Assembly (NCBI RefSeq): GCF_020745735.1
Contig: NC_083405.1
Span: 64,818,345 to 64,882,344, forward strand
DNA from: Hemiscyllium ocellatum
Taxonomy: Eukaryota
Direction: 5' to 3'
DNA length: 64,000 nucleotides
Shown in pieces: positions 26,045 through 39,949 of the stretch. The notes under the pieces were generated by a model. The model was given only the letters and a program-made list of their open reading frames with translations, had not been told where the DNA came from and searched no databases. Made by a program: the position numbers and the translations under genes. How positions within the stretch are numbered: position 1 is the stretch's first letter; the number at the start of each line of letters is the position of its first letter.

Positions 26045-28825
26045 GGGGAATCCAAGATGGTGGCGTCCTGTTTGGATCACGTTTGGTGGGCTCCACACTA
26101 CAACTCTGACCCAACTGAGCTAGAACCCGTCCCATACACCTCACTGTGAGTAAAAACACAGTAAAGGAGCTAGAAATCTGAAAAAATCGACTTACCTTTG
26201 TCCTTGCAGTTGGAGAATGCTGAAGAAGGAGGAAGCTCACCCAGGACTGCGGCCACTGCCCAGCCCACTGAAGCAGCGGGCTTACTCACCAGACCCTGGT
26301 TGAGGAACTGGCCAAATCTCATGAGGTCCTGTGGAAGCAGATCCAGGAAAAAAATCGAAGAGAAGCTGGCTCCTGTGTCTGCTATGTTGCATGACCTGGG
26401 AAAAAGGACTGATGAACTCCAGCGCTGGGCTATAAGGTTAAAGGCAGAGACTGACTCCTGCAAGAGCTGGACTGAAGCCCTGGAAATACAGGTTCATGGT
26501 CTGTTGGGTCTGGTAGATGATCTCGAAAACAAGAGAAGAAGAAAGAACCTGCACATTGGTGTCATACCGGAGGGACGCAAAGTGAGCGGCCAATGGAGTT
26601 TTTGAGAAGTAGTTCCCGGAATTCCTTAGTTTGGAGTTTCAGAAGAGAAGGATAAGAATTCAAAGAGCCCACCAGATTGCGGCATGAAAGCCAGGTGCGG
26701 ATCAGTGCCCATGTGTTGTCCTGGTAAGGTTTCATCATTATAAAGAGAAGCAGAGCATCATGGGAGCCACTAGAGCCCAGGGGAAGGATACAAAGGATAT
26801 GTGGCAGCTCCAGGGTCATATTTTTCTAAGGCTTCTTGGCGGTAATGGTCCAGAAAAGAAAGTTCTACAATGGCGTCAAGAGGAGATTGCGAGAGCCGGG
26901 GATCCAGTATTCTCTAAGATAGCCATTGGTACTTCGGATCAATCATAATGGATCCATACATTTGTTCGACTCACCAGAGAAAGCAAAGTACTTTGTCGAC
27001 AAGTCGAATGGCCAAATAGGCGAATAGGACAGAGCTGTTTGGGTTGTTCTTCTTGAAAAAGGACTTAGTGGAGTCTCCTTTCTGGTAATAAGTTGCGTGA
27101 AATGATGTCCGGGTTGGTTAGAGTATTCAGCTTTAGTCTCTAAGTTATGTTAGGAGATAGGTGACATATTTAATTTTATAGTACTTCTCTATAGTACTAA
27201 CCTTGCTCTTGGTGTTTTTTTTCTCTACCGGTTGGTTGATGTATGTGGCGCAACCCTAGCTGTTAGGAGTTGAGAGGGCATTTGGGATGGTTAGTAAGGT
27301 TGTAGGATGTGTAGGTACCTCCTTTGAATGGAGGGTAAATTCCTCTAATCAGTGCCTTTGGCGATTTTTATATTTCAATTTTTGTTCTATGTAGTTTTTG
27401 GAAGTTTTGTAGATTTGTTGGCTGTAGTTACTTTAGTCTATATAGTTTTTGGGTTTGTGGGTTGTTTTGCATTAAAGCTCAGTGATCTGTAGTTTGGTTT
27501 CTTCCTCTCTGGAGTCTAAATGATGCTATAGAAGGTTATGGCTAAGGATGTGTTTAAGTTGAGCACCTGGAATATTAAGGGGAGTCATTCATCTCTCAAG
27601 AGGAACAAGGTACTTTCCATCCTTAAAGGGGAGAGGGTGGTTGTTTCCTTATTCAAGAAACACACTTGGATGATGCAGAGCATTTGAAGAATGGGTATGA
27701 CTGGGTTTCCATTCTGGTGGCCATTTTAGTTAGAAATAATCTCCCATTTAAACTATTAGAGTGCATTAAAGACATACATGGGAGATTTGTAATCCTTAAA
27801 GCTTTGATACATGGGGAAGAATACAGGATCTTAAATGTTTACTGTCCCTGGCCAACCCCCTTAAATTCTTGACAGATGCACCTTCTAGACTGGTTACCCT
27901 TGAATCTCAACATAGTATTGTAAGAGGGGATTTCAGTTGTCTAATACCCCCTACTGTAGACAGATTGCCCAAAGGCCCACTGATATCTTTTTTGCGATCT
28001 AAACAATTAAAGGATTTGTGTGATGAATTGGGTTTGGTAGATGTTTGGAGGCACCTTCACCTTACTGACAGGGACTTCATGTTCTTTATGAACCCACATA
28101 AATGCCACAGCAAGATGGATCTTTTTCTGACCCCCACAGCACATCTGGGCTCGGTGGCATCATGTACAATTGGCAATATCACTATTTCCGATCATACCTC
28201 TGTGTATTTAATGGCTAAGAGTAAGGATACTGTGGTAGGCTCAAGGTACTGGCAACTGGACCCTTTCATCCTCAAGGATAGCAAGTTTATTGAGTTTTCT
28301 ACTGAGTTCAGGGCATTTTTAGATGTTAATTCAGGCTTGGCCAGTAGCTTATCCATCCTTTGGGAAACAGCTAAAGCCTATGCTGGGGGTTGGCCCTCAG
28401 TGGTTAAACTGCAGAGGATCACAGCGCTTTGGTCTATGCTGAACTCCATGCTCACAGGGATAGCCAAGAGGGAGCTTACATTTGCAAGTCAAAGATTAAT
28501 TAAGCATGGGGATAACCTAGGGTAACCTTGCTAGTAAAAGGAGTGCTCCCCCAAACCATTACCTCGATCAGAGAGGACACTGGAAATTTAACCTACGATT
28601 CTAAAAGGGTTAATGCAGCATTCCATAAATTTTACTCTGAACTATACCAATCTGAAAACTTAGAGAGTGAGCAGCTTAGGATGGAGTCTTTTTTTTAAGA
28701 ATTTGGACTCCTGAACAAGAGTATCTCCTCAATGCCCCGTTGTTAGAGCGAGTGTGCAAGAGGCTGTGAGGTAGCTCCAGAATGAAAAGGCACCAGGTCC
28801 TGACTGGCTCCCCAGTGAGTTTTTT
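26045..28825 (+). mobile_element. L1 LINE 5' half (5'UTR, ORF1, ORF2 endonuclease), degraded
   Basis: ORF1 DDLENKRRRKNLHI. ORF2 starts at 27538 with MAKDVFKLSTWNIKG and contains GDFS, DVWR and ISDH motifs. Confidence 0.92.
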
Positions 28826-28826
28826 G

Positions 28827-29125
28827 GCCCAACAAGCCCACACCAACCCTCCAAAGAGTTACCCACCCAGACCCATTCCCCTATCCTATTACTCAATATT
28901 TACCCCCAACTAAATGCATCTAACCTACACATCTCTGAACACTATGAGTAACTTAGCACGGCCAATTCACCGAACCTGCACATCTTTGGATTGTGGCAGG
29001 AAACCAGAGCACCGGGAGGAAACTCACGCAGACACAGGTAAAATGTGCAAACTCCACATAGGCAGTCTCCCGGGTCCCTGGCATTGTGAGGCACCAGATC
29101 TAACCACTGAGCCACCATAACGCCC
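28827..29125 (-). mobile_element. HE1-like V-SINE
   Basis: A-box head ggtggctcagtggttag, V-domain and tail. Confidence 0.9.
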
Positions 29126-31487
29126 AATGCACTGTTCCTGCACTGTCATGCAGATTGTGGTATTTAAGATGTATATATATTCCTTACCACGCCTTATTTC
29201 AACAGTTAACCCTGGTTATATTCCCTGAATTCATGTATATATTCTGTCCTGATCACTGAGGTAAAATCAATACATATGGTGGGAAGATGTCTCCAAGAAA
29301 CTGCTGGGAAAATGGATACAAAAGGTTTTATTCACACTATGGGAAGAACCTTCTTTGGCAGATGTCTCACACTTTGCCTGCAAAGTATCAAAACACACTC
29401 ACCCTTAGAATAGTCAGCCTATTACACACTTAAGTAGAGGTCAGGAAGCCTTCTCCCCAGCTGAGAGCCTGGAATTCAATATTCTTCCTTAAAATTCCAA
29501 TCGTTTAATAACTCCTGTCTACAATATAATGCAATGGGAAACTTACAGAAGTACAGTTGAATGTAATGCCTGTCAAGTAAAAGGGATTATCAGGATTTGT
29601 CAAGTTTCTCGAGTTAGCTAATAAATTTCACCTCACCAACCATGACCAATATTGTTATCTCCAGATGAGGGACACTCGTGAATTCTGCAATACTTTGGAA
29701 ACTAAAGTCAGAACTTTCCAGATCTAGAAGAGGCAAGGAAGAATGCAGGAAGTCTGGAACATCACCAGCATTGTCTGTGCCTAATGTTTCTTATGACCCA
29801 GCAAAGTAAAGAGTTAGCATTTGGGGATTACAGTTAAAGCTCATGGCATTGATTTCCATGACAGTGGCCTTATCTGATAAGGTCAGAATAAGGAAATTGA
29901 ATTGCCACGTGACAGTCTCTGCAGAGACAATCAGAATGAATAATGGAGAAATGTGACCAGGCTGTGGCATGGTGCAGGATGGAAAAATATTTCACTTGGT
30001 TAGGGTCTCCAATGTTATTGGTACATTCTCAGAGTAAGAGACAATGCACAACTGAGATATAAAGGATTGAAGGTAAGTACTTAAACTTGTCCCTCCATTG
30101 TAGTGGAAACCGTCACTGAGATGCTTTGTGATTTCAATAGTAGTCATGGAACCCAACATTTTCCAGGTCTGTAGAGATATTGAGGGAGTAAGGCAAATAA
30201 TCACATGAGCCAGGGTGTAGGAGAATTGGGCAGATTGATCCATGGTGCATTTTGGTTGATTACTTTCTCTTTCTTGAAGTAAGACCAACAAACATTTTTC
30301 CTTCCAGATTATTAAATTGAGTATGCAGTGTTGTATACATAGAATTCTGTATAATCATGACAAAGGCTAGACTTGACCATGTAGTTTGATGCTTCTCAGT
30401 GATCATAGTACCAGCAAAATGAAAGTAAGTATAAACCCTTCATTTAAATCAATATGAAATGCACCACTTTTTAGTCAATGATCAATGTCTCAAAGAGGAA
30501 GCTGTAGGCTACCAACCAGTTGTTTTCCAACAACCACAACATAAAAGCAAATATATGTCAGATAATCAATCAGTCTTGAATTGTTTATCAATAAGGTTTT
30601 CATCGGCCTGTATACCTTGTTGGCCCATCATCCTTGCTACTGAGAGAAGTCTCTGGCCCATCTCAGAATCGCTGCCTTCCCTTTTCTCATTAGAGGAGAC
30701 CTCTCACTCCTTTATCAGCAAAATGTCACCACTTTGTAAAGGAAGGTTGTGGAGGAAACAGTATAAAATGATATGGGATATGCTTTCTGATATTTATTGC
30801 AGTGCAATTCCTGAGTGGTCTAGGCATCAGAATGTAGTGTTGAGCAGTCCTATCTTCAAATGCTGTACATTCTAAAAGTTTTCCAAACATCTGCAATCAG
30901 AAAGAGAAACTACCATTTAAGGTTGAAGAACTTAATTGCGACACCTACCAATGAGATTTTGGAATCTTAAATGCAAGAATATTATCCTAGAACTGGATAA
31001 TTAGATGATAAAAAGGATGTTATACCCAGGTCTGCTCACCACATTACAGGAAGAATATAGTCGTTCTAGACAGTACAGAGAAGACGTCTGAGGCTCTTGC
31101 CAGGAATGGACAGTTCTAACTTTGAGAAAAGTTTATTTTAATTTTTTTTATTTTAAAAGAAAGGAATTTTTTTTCTTTTGAATATTACAACAAATACAAA
31201 ACCAAACAATTCAAGCGAATGTTAAAAAACAAACCCACTAATTTCTTAGATAAGTAAATAATAACTAGTAACTATGCTAAAAAAAGAAAATCTTAACAAT
31301 AATATAACCATAACACAACTCAGCCAAACAAAGTAATAGCTCTCGATCATTGAGCGCAGAAGTTTGTACATATTCATATGTTCGTAGTTTCTCCCCTCTG
31401 GATACCAGACTCATTACATGGAATTGCCATGGCTATATAAAGGCTCTTATTGTTGTGGTTTTGTTCGCCGAGCTGGGAATTTGTGTT

Positions 31488-31527
31488 GCAGACGTTTCAT
31501 CCCCTGTCTACGTGACATCCTCAGTGC
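31488..31527 (-). ncRNA. Minimal hammerhead ribozyme motif (inverted copy)
   Basis: Reverse complement is GCA-CTGAGGA-t-gtcacgt-agac-aggggat-GAAAC-GTC-TGC. Confidence 0.82.
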
Positions 31528-31783
31528 TTGGGAGCCTCCTGTGAAGCGCTTCTGTGATCTTTCCTCCGGCATTTGTAGTGGTTTGAATTTGCCGCTTCCG
31601 ATTGTCTGCTGTCCGTTGCGGTGTTCAGAACAGATTCAGATTCAATCAATAAGCACATCGACCTGAACCCAATATACCGACCACTGCAACGGACAGCTGG
31701 AACTGACAACCGGAAGCAGCAGATTCAACCCACTACAAATGCCGGAGGAAAGATCACAGAAGCGCTACACAGGAGGCTCCCAA

Positions 31784-31823
31784 GCACTGAGGATGCCACC
31801 TAGACAGGGGACGAAACGTCTGC
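31784..31823 (+). ncRNA. Minimal hammerhead ribozyme motif
   Basis: GCA-CTGAGGA-t-gccacct-agac-aggggac-GAAAC-GTC-TGC. Intact core, stem I GCA/TGC, GUC cleavage triplet. Confidence 0.85.
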
Positions 31824-34800
31824 AACACAAATTCCCAGCTCCGCGAACAGAACCACAACAACGAGCACCCGAGCTACAAATCTTCTCCCAAATTTTGAAA
31901 AGGCTCTTATTATTATGTTGGACAGATCTGTACCCAAGGAGTCCAAAAAAAGGCTGCCACGTCTTACAGAAATTCTCAGTTTTATGGTGCACCATAAGAA
32001 AGTCCAAGGAGATGTGTTCCATGACTAGCTTACATCAGCCTGCCAGCCCTGGGGGATTTCCTGACATCCACCCCAATAGAATGTTCTTTCTTGCACAAAA
32101 AGCTATTTTTCATGTGCATCTAATGAAGGTGAATTAACAAAGCCAAGAATGAAGAGATACTGGGTCCATTTCCACCTCTGTCCCCAAGGCCTTCTCTATT
32201 TTGCCTACCACAGCACTCCAGTATGCCCACAGTCTGTGGCAGGACCAAAGACAATGAATAAACGTGCCCACACTCACTTTACATTATGACACATTGGAGA
32301 TGCTCCTGCTTTAAATTTTCCGAGGTGGTCTGGGGCCAAATGGACCCTGTGGCGAATCTTCAATTGCAAGGCATGAGTTCTGTTGCAAATCGAGATCCTT
32401 GTTGCATTTTCCCAGATATCCTCCCATATTTCATAAGAGATTTAAAAGTCCAGCTTCCTTTCCCATATTTTACAAAGCCGTTCAGTCTCGTCCGAGGGAC
32501 CCACTCCCAATAGATGAGAAGCATTGCTAACAGATAATGCACCCTCAGCACTCAATACCCTCTTCTTCATGTCAGACCTATAAGAATAAGTTAGAAGTGT
32601 GGTTTCTTTTTGCATGAAATTTCTAACTTGAAAGAAATGAAAGAGGTCCCTACTGGGCAATTCACGTTTCCGAGCCAACTGGTCAAAGGAGATCAATATG
32701 TCCCCTTTGAATAAATCACCCAGACAAGATATGCCTCTAGCCACTCATAGTTTAAACTTAAACTGAAAGCCTGGCATACCAACTATGGGTGTCAAAAATT
32801 ATGTTTTGGCAGTATTGCCCTCACCCTTATGCATTTCCCTGCATGCCTTGACAGTACTGATGACTATTGGGTTATGGCAATATTCCTTTACTGTTCTCAT
32901 TTTGTCCAAGAACAGCAGGCTAATAAGGGGACATCTTGCCTGAGATGCTTCAATGTCCAATCAAAGTGAGTGAGGTATCCCCCGGGCCAATCATTCACGT
33001 AAGATAGCAACAAGCTTAATTGATAGTTTTTGATATCTGGGAGGCCCACTCCTCCCAGTCTGTAAGGTAACTGCAATTTAGTCAATTTAATTAGGGGTTG
33101 TTTGCGATACCAGATCAAAGAACTGAACCAGCCTTTCAGTCTTCTAAATATTTGCTCAGTAAAAAGCCGAGGAAGGGGAATCCAAGATGGTTGAGATCTA
33201 GGAAGATTGCGTTGTAGAGCTCCGCACCATGTCGCAAGTGTGACGAAGACCTAACCAACCCTATCCGGACCACTGTGATATCCTGGGACTCTGCAAAGGT
33301 CATGGAGTCTCAGGAAACCGTTAGAGAGCAACATACCTTGGTTTTCGCCGTCCAGGGATTCCGAAGAAGGGAGGTGGTATGTTCGAGACTGCAGATTTCT
33401 CTGACTCAATTTCCTACCAGGTCCTGGTGAAAGAACTTGCGAAATCTTACGAGATGTTGGGCAAGCAGATAGAGGAAAAAGCTGGCCCCGATCATTATCA
33501 TGCTGCAAAAGCATGAACAGCAGCTGGGAGATGCGGAGAAAAGGATAGAAGATGTCGAACATAGAATCACAGTGGTGGAAGCTGATATTGATTCCTTCAA
33601 GGATAGGATCCAGGCCCTGGAGACATCGGTCCGTAATTTGCTTGACCAAGTTGATGACCTCGATAACAAGGGCAGGAGAAAAAAAATTCAGTTTGTTGGT
33701 CTGCCGGAGGGTAAAGAAGATGAGTCACCGGTGGAATTTATTGAGGATTGGTTGCCAAAATTCCTTAAGTTGGAGGCTGGAATGGGAAGTTTGAAGATTG
33801 AGAGGGCTCACCGAATCATGGCGTGGAGGTCAGGTCTGGACCAATGTCCTTGTCCTACCTTGGTTTGTTTTATATGTTGGTTTGTTTTTTGGTTTTTGTT
33901 GTGTATAATCTTTGATAGCTTTTTAGGCTTGGTAACAGTAGTCCTTCTAGGTTATGTAGTTTTTAAGTTCATTGGATCTTGCGACCCTAAGGCTGAGCGA
34001 TTTGTAATTCAGGTTTCTCCTCTCTGGAATCTAAATGTTATTGCGGAAGGTATGGCTAATGACTTGATTAAATGGTGTACCTGGAACATCAAGGGGAGTC
34101 ACTTACCAATTGAGAGGAAAAAGGTACTCAAATCTTAGGAAGGAAAAGCTGAATATTGTTTTATTACAGGAGACACACTGGGATGATAGGGAGCATTTCA
34201 AACTACAGCAGAATGGCTTTGATCAGGTTTACTGTTCACCTTTTAATACCAGAAATAGGGGAGCTATATTGGTTAGCAGGAATCTCCCATTTAAGTTACT
34301 AGAGTTGTTAAAGACACACAAGGGAAGTTTGTAATACTCAAAGCCCTGATAAACGGGGAAGAATATGGTGTTTTAAATATTACTGCCCTCTGGCCCATCC
34401 CCTCAAATTTCTGGTAGATGCGTTCTCTAAATTGATCAGTCTTGAGTCCCGGCATATCATTATAGGGGAAGATTTTAATTCTCTTATTGATCCCATGGTA
34501 GACAGGTTGCCCAAAGGCCCCCCCCCAGTACCCTCTGTGCAAGCTAAACAATTAGTGAATCCGTGTATGGAGTTAGGTGGTTGGTGGACATCTGGAGGTG
34601 TCTCCACCCTACAGGCAGGAATTTTACATTTTTTTCCAATCACAAAGATGTCACACCAGGATTGATCTTTTTCTGACCCCCATGGCAACGTTGGACTTGG
34701 TGACATCTTGTAGGATTGGTAATATTACCATCTCTGATCACACTCCAGTACAAAGTGGCAGAAGGGTGGGCAGCAACATCTCCTTGAAGCATGATTGAAA

Positions 34801-35308
34801 GCAGCCGAGAAGGCTTGCTTTAACAGGGCCTCGACCAAGCTACACAGGATTGGGCGCTGCAGTATGCATTGAATTCCATACTCATGCAGACAGCATAGAA
34901 GGAGCTTACTTTCACGAGCATGGTGACAAGCTGGGCAAGTACCTAGCATACCTTGCCAGCAAAAGAAGTGCCCCTCAATTACATCGATTAGGGAAGGATC
35001 TGGGAACCTAATATGCGATTCCAAAAAAATTAATGCAGCATTCCAGAGATTTCACTCTGAATTATACCAATCTGATGGTTGTGAGGAAGGGCAGGCCAAA
35101 TGGAGTCATTTTTCAAGGATCTGGAGCTGTTTGGTGTGACCCCTGAATGAGAGTCTTTTCTCAATGCCCCCGCATTCAAGTAAGAGGTGCAGGAGGCTGT
35201 GAAGCAGCTTCAGACTGGAAATGTGTCCTGTCCTGATGGACTTCCCAATAAATTCTATAAGGAATTTATAAGCATATTGTCAAGCCTGATGCTCAACATG
35301 TTCAATGA

Positions 35309-35428
35309 AGAAGGGCTTATGCCCGAAACGTCGATTTTCCTGCTCCTTTGCTGCTGCCTGACCTGCTGCACTTTTCCAGCAACACATTTTCAGCTCTGAT
35401 CTCCAGCATCTGCAGTCCTCACTTTCTC
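35309..35428 (+). mobile_element. Short Penelope-derived element (family A) inside L1 ORF2
   Basis: TSD caatga. Starts inside the hammerhead core: (tg)aagaagggcttatgcccgaaacgtcg. Confidence 0.88.
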
Positions 35429-37344
35429 CAATGATTCACACAGTCATGATCGTCTCCAAGAGAGATCAATATTTTGCTTATTCTCAAAAACGGAAGGTCC
35501 CGGAGTACTGTGCTTCTTCCAGGCCCATTTCACTCTTAAATGTTGACTTTAAAATCCTCTCTGAAATTCTTGCTTTAAGGCTGGAGACTGTGTTACCTTT
35601 GCTTGTTAAAGAGGACCAGATGGGCTTCATAAAGGGCTGCAGATCCTCCAATAATTTTAGGAGGCTGCTTAATATAATTCAAGTGTGCCACCAACAGTCA
35701 ATACAGGGATTGATGATTTCTCTAGATGCAGAGAAGGCATTTAACAGAGTTGAGTGGCCATACCTTTTATACTCGATAGCTGTTTGGCTTGGGCGAAGCC
35801 TTCGTAAGATGGTAAAAGGGGTCTCTACAGTTACCCTCTTGCTGCGGTCATCACCAATGGGTACGATCAAGCAATTTTAGCTTTTTAGGGGCAGCCGGCA
35901 GGGCTGTCCCCTTTCAGCATTGCTTTTTACATTGGAGATTGAACCATTAGCGGAGTCCATTCGTAGGGATCTCAATATATTGGCTCCAGAAGTGGGGTCA
36001 AAATTACATAAGATTTTGTTGTATGTGGACGATGTCTTCATTTTTTTGTCAAATCCAGCAGTTTTGGTACCTCTGATACAATGCATCAGCTCGTTTGGCA
36101 CCTTTTCGGTGTGCAAGATTATTTTTGCAAAATCAGAGGCTATGCCTATGGATGGTCTTAAGAAGGTGCTAGGTCTTGAGGGTGAATCTGAATTCCCATT
36201 TAAGTGACCACAGGGTGTTTTATGTATTTGGGCATATTCATCACTCTAGTTCTTGATCGGTTATTTAAAGCTAATTCTGTTTAATTATAATGACAAAATC
36301 AAACGAGACCTTCAAAGCTGGGCAGTGCTTCTGGTCTCATGGTTAGGTCGGATAGCTCTTATTAAGGTGAATATTCTCCCCTGTTTGTTGCACCCTATAT
36401 GAATGCTCCCCTGATTTTTGATAAGTAAACATTCAGGAGACAGAATGGCTGGTTTAGCTCTTTTATTTGGCATCATAAGTGACCCCTTATTAAATTAGCT
36501 AAACTGCAATTGCCTCACAGACTATGGTGAGTGGATCTCCCGGACATTAAAACTATCAATTAAGCTCGCTTTTATCTTAACTTGAGTGATTGTGCTTGTG
36601 GGGACTCTCTTTCAACATGGTTAGATATCGAAACCTCTGAGGCAGGGTGCCCCCGACTAGCTTGCTGTTTCTGGTCCAAATGAGGGTAGTTAAGGAATAT
36701 TGCCATTACCCAACAGTTATCAATACTGTTAAAGCATGGAGAACAATTCAGCAGAGGGAAGGCAAGATAGGCAAAACATCTTTTCTTACACCCATAGTGG
36801 GTATGCCAGGCTTTCACCCAGAGATGATGGATTCAGAAGTCAAATATTGGGCAACTAGGCGTGTGTTTTGCATGGGTGGTTTATTTGAGGGAGACACAAT
36901 GATGTCTTTTTATCATTTAGCACGGAAATATGAGTTATCTAGAAGGGACTTCTTTCGTTTTTTTTCAAGTTAGGGATTTATTAAAAAAACGACTACACTT
37001 TTGACTGATCCCTACAAATCTGACATAGAGAGGAGGATGCTCGGTGCTGAGAGTACACTTTCTGTCAGCACTTTATATCATCAATTGGGGGGGTGTCCCC
37101 TCAGATGAATTTGATCAACTTTTGCAGGTTGTAGGGGAGAGAGCTCGGCAGTGAGGTCTCCTCCAAGGCTTGGGAAGATATTTGGGAAAATGCAAGAAAG
37201 GTATCAATTTGCAATAAGACCCATGCTTTACAGTTGAAGATTCTCCACAGGGTCACTTGGCTCACTCGTCAAAATTTAAGCCAGGGTTATCTTCAACATG
37301 CCCCAAGTGTAAAGTTGGTACGGGCCATTGTCTCTGGTCCTGTG

Positions 37345-37657
37345 ATTAGATTAGATTAGACTTACAGTGTGGAAACAGGCCCTTCGGCCCAACAAGTCCA
37401 CACCGACCCGCCGAAGCGCAATCCACCCATACCCCTACATTTACCCCTTACCTAACACTACAGGCAATTTAGCATGGCCAATTCACCTGAACCACACATC
37501 TTTGGACTGTGGGAGGAAACCGGAGCACCCGGAGGAAACCCACGCAGACACAGGGAGAACGTGCAAACTCCACACAGTCAGTTGCCTGAGTCGGGAACTG
37601 AACCCGGGTCTCAGGCGCTGTGAGGCAGCAATGCTAACCACTGTGCCACCGTGCCGC
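37345..37657 (-). mobile_element. Young HE1-like V-SINE inside L1
   Basis: Head ggcggcacggtggcacagtggttagc, B-box region gggttcagttcc, V-domain, (tctaa)n tail, TSD ctgtg. Confidence 0.93.
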
Positions 37658-39949
37658 CTACTGTGGTAGGCTTCAAACATACTGGAGCGCTGTGGCAGTG
37701 CAATGGAGGGGATTTGGGTGTAAGAGTGGAGATAGACCCGATCTCTCTTCTTCTTGGCCTGCCCAGTGTGTTCCCTGTAGATGCACATAAGATAAACTTT
37801 TCAATATCCTTACTTTCTGAGCAAGAAAGAATATCTTGTTTGAAAATCCCCCGGGCCTGTGTGGTTGGCATAAGATTGTTATGGAACATATCCCCTGGGA
37901 TTTTCTTACAAGTATGGTACTTGTCCTTCTCAAAAAAAACTGAGAATTTCTAGAAGGCATGGCAGCCCTTTCTGGAATACCTGGACACAGATTTGTCTGC
38001 CACATTAATAAGGGCTTTTATATAGCCATAACGATTGTGCTTTATGAGTCTAAAATCCAGAGAGGGGGAACTGCGAATGTATGAATAGGTGAAAATTAAT
38101 GCTCTCAATATTCAAGAGTTAGTATTTTGTCTTGCTGAGCTGTATTATTATTTATTAGTTTGTTATTGGTTATTATTTATTCAGTTAAGTAGTTAGTTGG
38201 GGTTTTTTGAATATATATATTTTTATACATATTTACACATTTGTACATGAGGGCGGTTTGGGTTTTTTTTACACTTTTTTAGTGTTTTACCTTTGTATTG
38301 TTTTGAATTGTATTGTTTTGTATTTGTTGTAATGTTAAAAATCTACTTTTCAATAAAAATGTATTTTATAAAAAGCAGAGGGAGCATTGTAGGGATTCTA
38401 TGAAAAGAAGATCACTTGAAGTTATACATTTCAAGTTCTGGGTTTTGCACATGTTCTAATTCCAATACACTGATGGACAGGCCATAGCCAGATGACTTGG
38501 TCTATATACCCACATCCAACCAGCAGTCGGCGATCTCAACAAATATGGCTGCTCTCACAATCCTACAGAAAGTAGATCATTGCATCCTGAAAAGAGGCAT
38601 TATTATGCAATGAACAGGCTAACATTGTGAATATTAATAGATCAATTTTCTTTCCATGTCAGAGTGGAGCTCTATTTGTAACACATACAGGAAATCTGCC
38701 AATAAGAATGCGTTGTTGTCTTCCAACTAAAACTGTTAAAATACCAAACAGCTTTGTTATTACTCAGCTGGAGACCCATTTGCTCAATACAGTAAACCCA
38801 TTCATAGATGTGAGGAATCCACCTGAACCAGTAAGGACTCCTCCACAAATAGTGGCAGGTTAACTAGCTTTCTTGGGTCTTAAAATGTATGCTTCATTTT
38901 ATAATAGCTCATCATGCTTACCTGAGTTCTTTGAAGAGCTATCCAGTTTGTCCCATTCACACACTACATTTTCAAAATCATGTGCAGTTTTTCTCTGTCA
39001 AGTACTTGTGTGACTCCCTTTACTTTCAGGCAGTAATTTTCACATTATAACAACTTGGACTACAGAAACAAAACTCATCTCCCCTCTGCTTCTGTTGCCA
39101 ACAAAATTACATCTGTGTTCTATAGTTACTAACTCATTTCTCTGCCTGGCTTGTCAGTAGCACCCATCCTCAACTGCCAGGAGGAATTTTGGAGTTATGC
39201 TGTATCCATGATTACAAATCTCACCCAATGGAAAAGGAATTTGGGTGAGGTACAAAAGGGGCTGCTGATTCAGCCAGTGATAAGAACTAATATTAGCCCC
39301 ATTGGGTGGGGACAGGAAATGAAACACAGATGATTCAGAGAGAAATGATTCACAGTTTTTATTCTGATTCCTTATTTTTAATCATGTAGATATGCTGATA
39401 ATTTCATACATAAATGTTATAAAAATAAACTGTGATAAAATTAAAACACTCGTCAAAAATTGGGCAAATTCACCAATGAATGCACAGTATGTTAAACATA
39501 TTAAGAGAGCTCCTCAATCAACACCATTTCAAAATTCAGTTACAAATTAACAATATTAACTCAAATTGAAATTTCTGTTAGTTTACTCTTGCTAATTGTG
39601 AACTAAGTGCAGGTACTTTAGTTAAGAAAGATGGCTTAGAGGATATAATTGGAACAGGTAGTATAGTTAATGTGCAACTTTGCCAAATCAGGAAGGAAAG
39701 ATCACATCCAGAGTGAGGAATTTGGAGGCAACATAGGAATTTGATGCAGACGGGAAGAGGTGTATTCTGCTTGATTTTTTTTGCCAATAGTTTGGAAGGT
39801 TTCTTTTTATCAGGAGAGTGATATTGTGGTTTGTGATAGCTATTAATTTGACTATTTATTATAGGTTTTCTTCAGATTGAAGATAATTAGGGGAAATATT
39901 TACAGATCAGTATAAAATTTTAAAAATAAAATTATGAACTGAATAATTA

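Larger units (their letters stand above)
31452..31898. mobile_element. Penelope-derived fold-back insertion (family C)
   Basis: Minus arm 31452-31622 and plus arm 31623-31898. 13-bp TSD aaaggctcttatt (31439-31451 and 31899-31911). Each arm has a hammerhead motif. Confidence 0.9.
31132..33160 (-). mobile_element. L1 LINE 3' portion, host of two nested insertions; a few bases resume at 38370-38388
   Basis: LQLPYRLGGVGLPD and FCKTWQPF motifs. T-rich tract on plus at ~31132-31180. Homologous to 36400-38010 on plus. Confidence 0.9.
33175..38369 (+). mobile_element. L1 LINE with both ends intact, internally deleted and disrupted
   Basis: ORF1 DDLDNKGRRKKI...IERAHR. ORF2 from 34052 with TWNIKG, RPISLLNVDFK, SLDAEKAF, RQGCPLS, LYVDD and a CPKC...HCLWSC knuckle. 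AATAAA at 38352. TSD aaaaagc(c/a)gagg (33161-33172 and 38370-38381) at a T/AAAA site. Confidence 0.95.

Noticed and set aside
29560-30870. Possible ancient retroelement or exon remnants
   Set aside because: Only vague similarity, with no motif or splice pattern I can support.
37560-37657. tRNA gene
   Set aside because: The A/B boxes belong to SINE heads that continue into V-domain and tail, with no full cloverleaf. The same applies to the other HE1-like copies.
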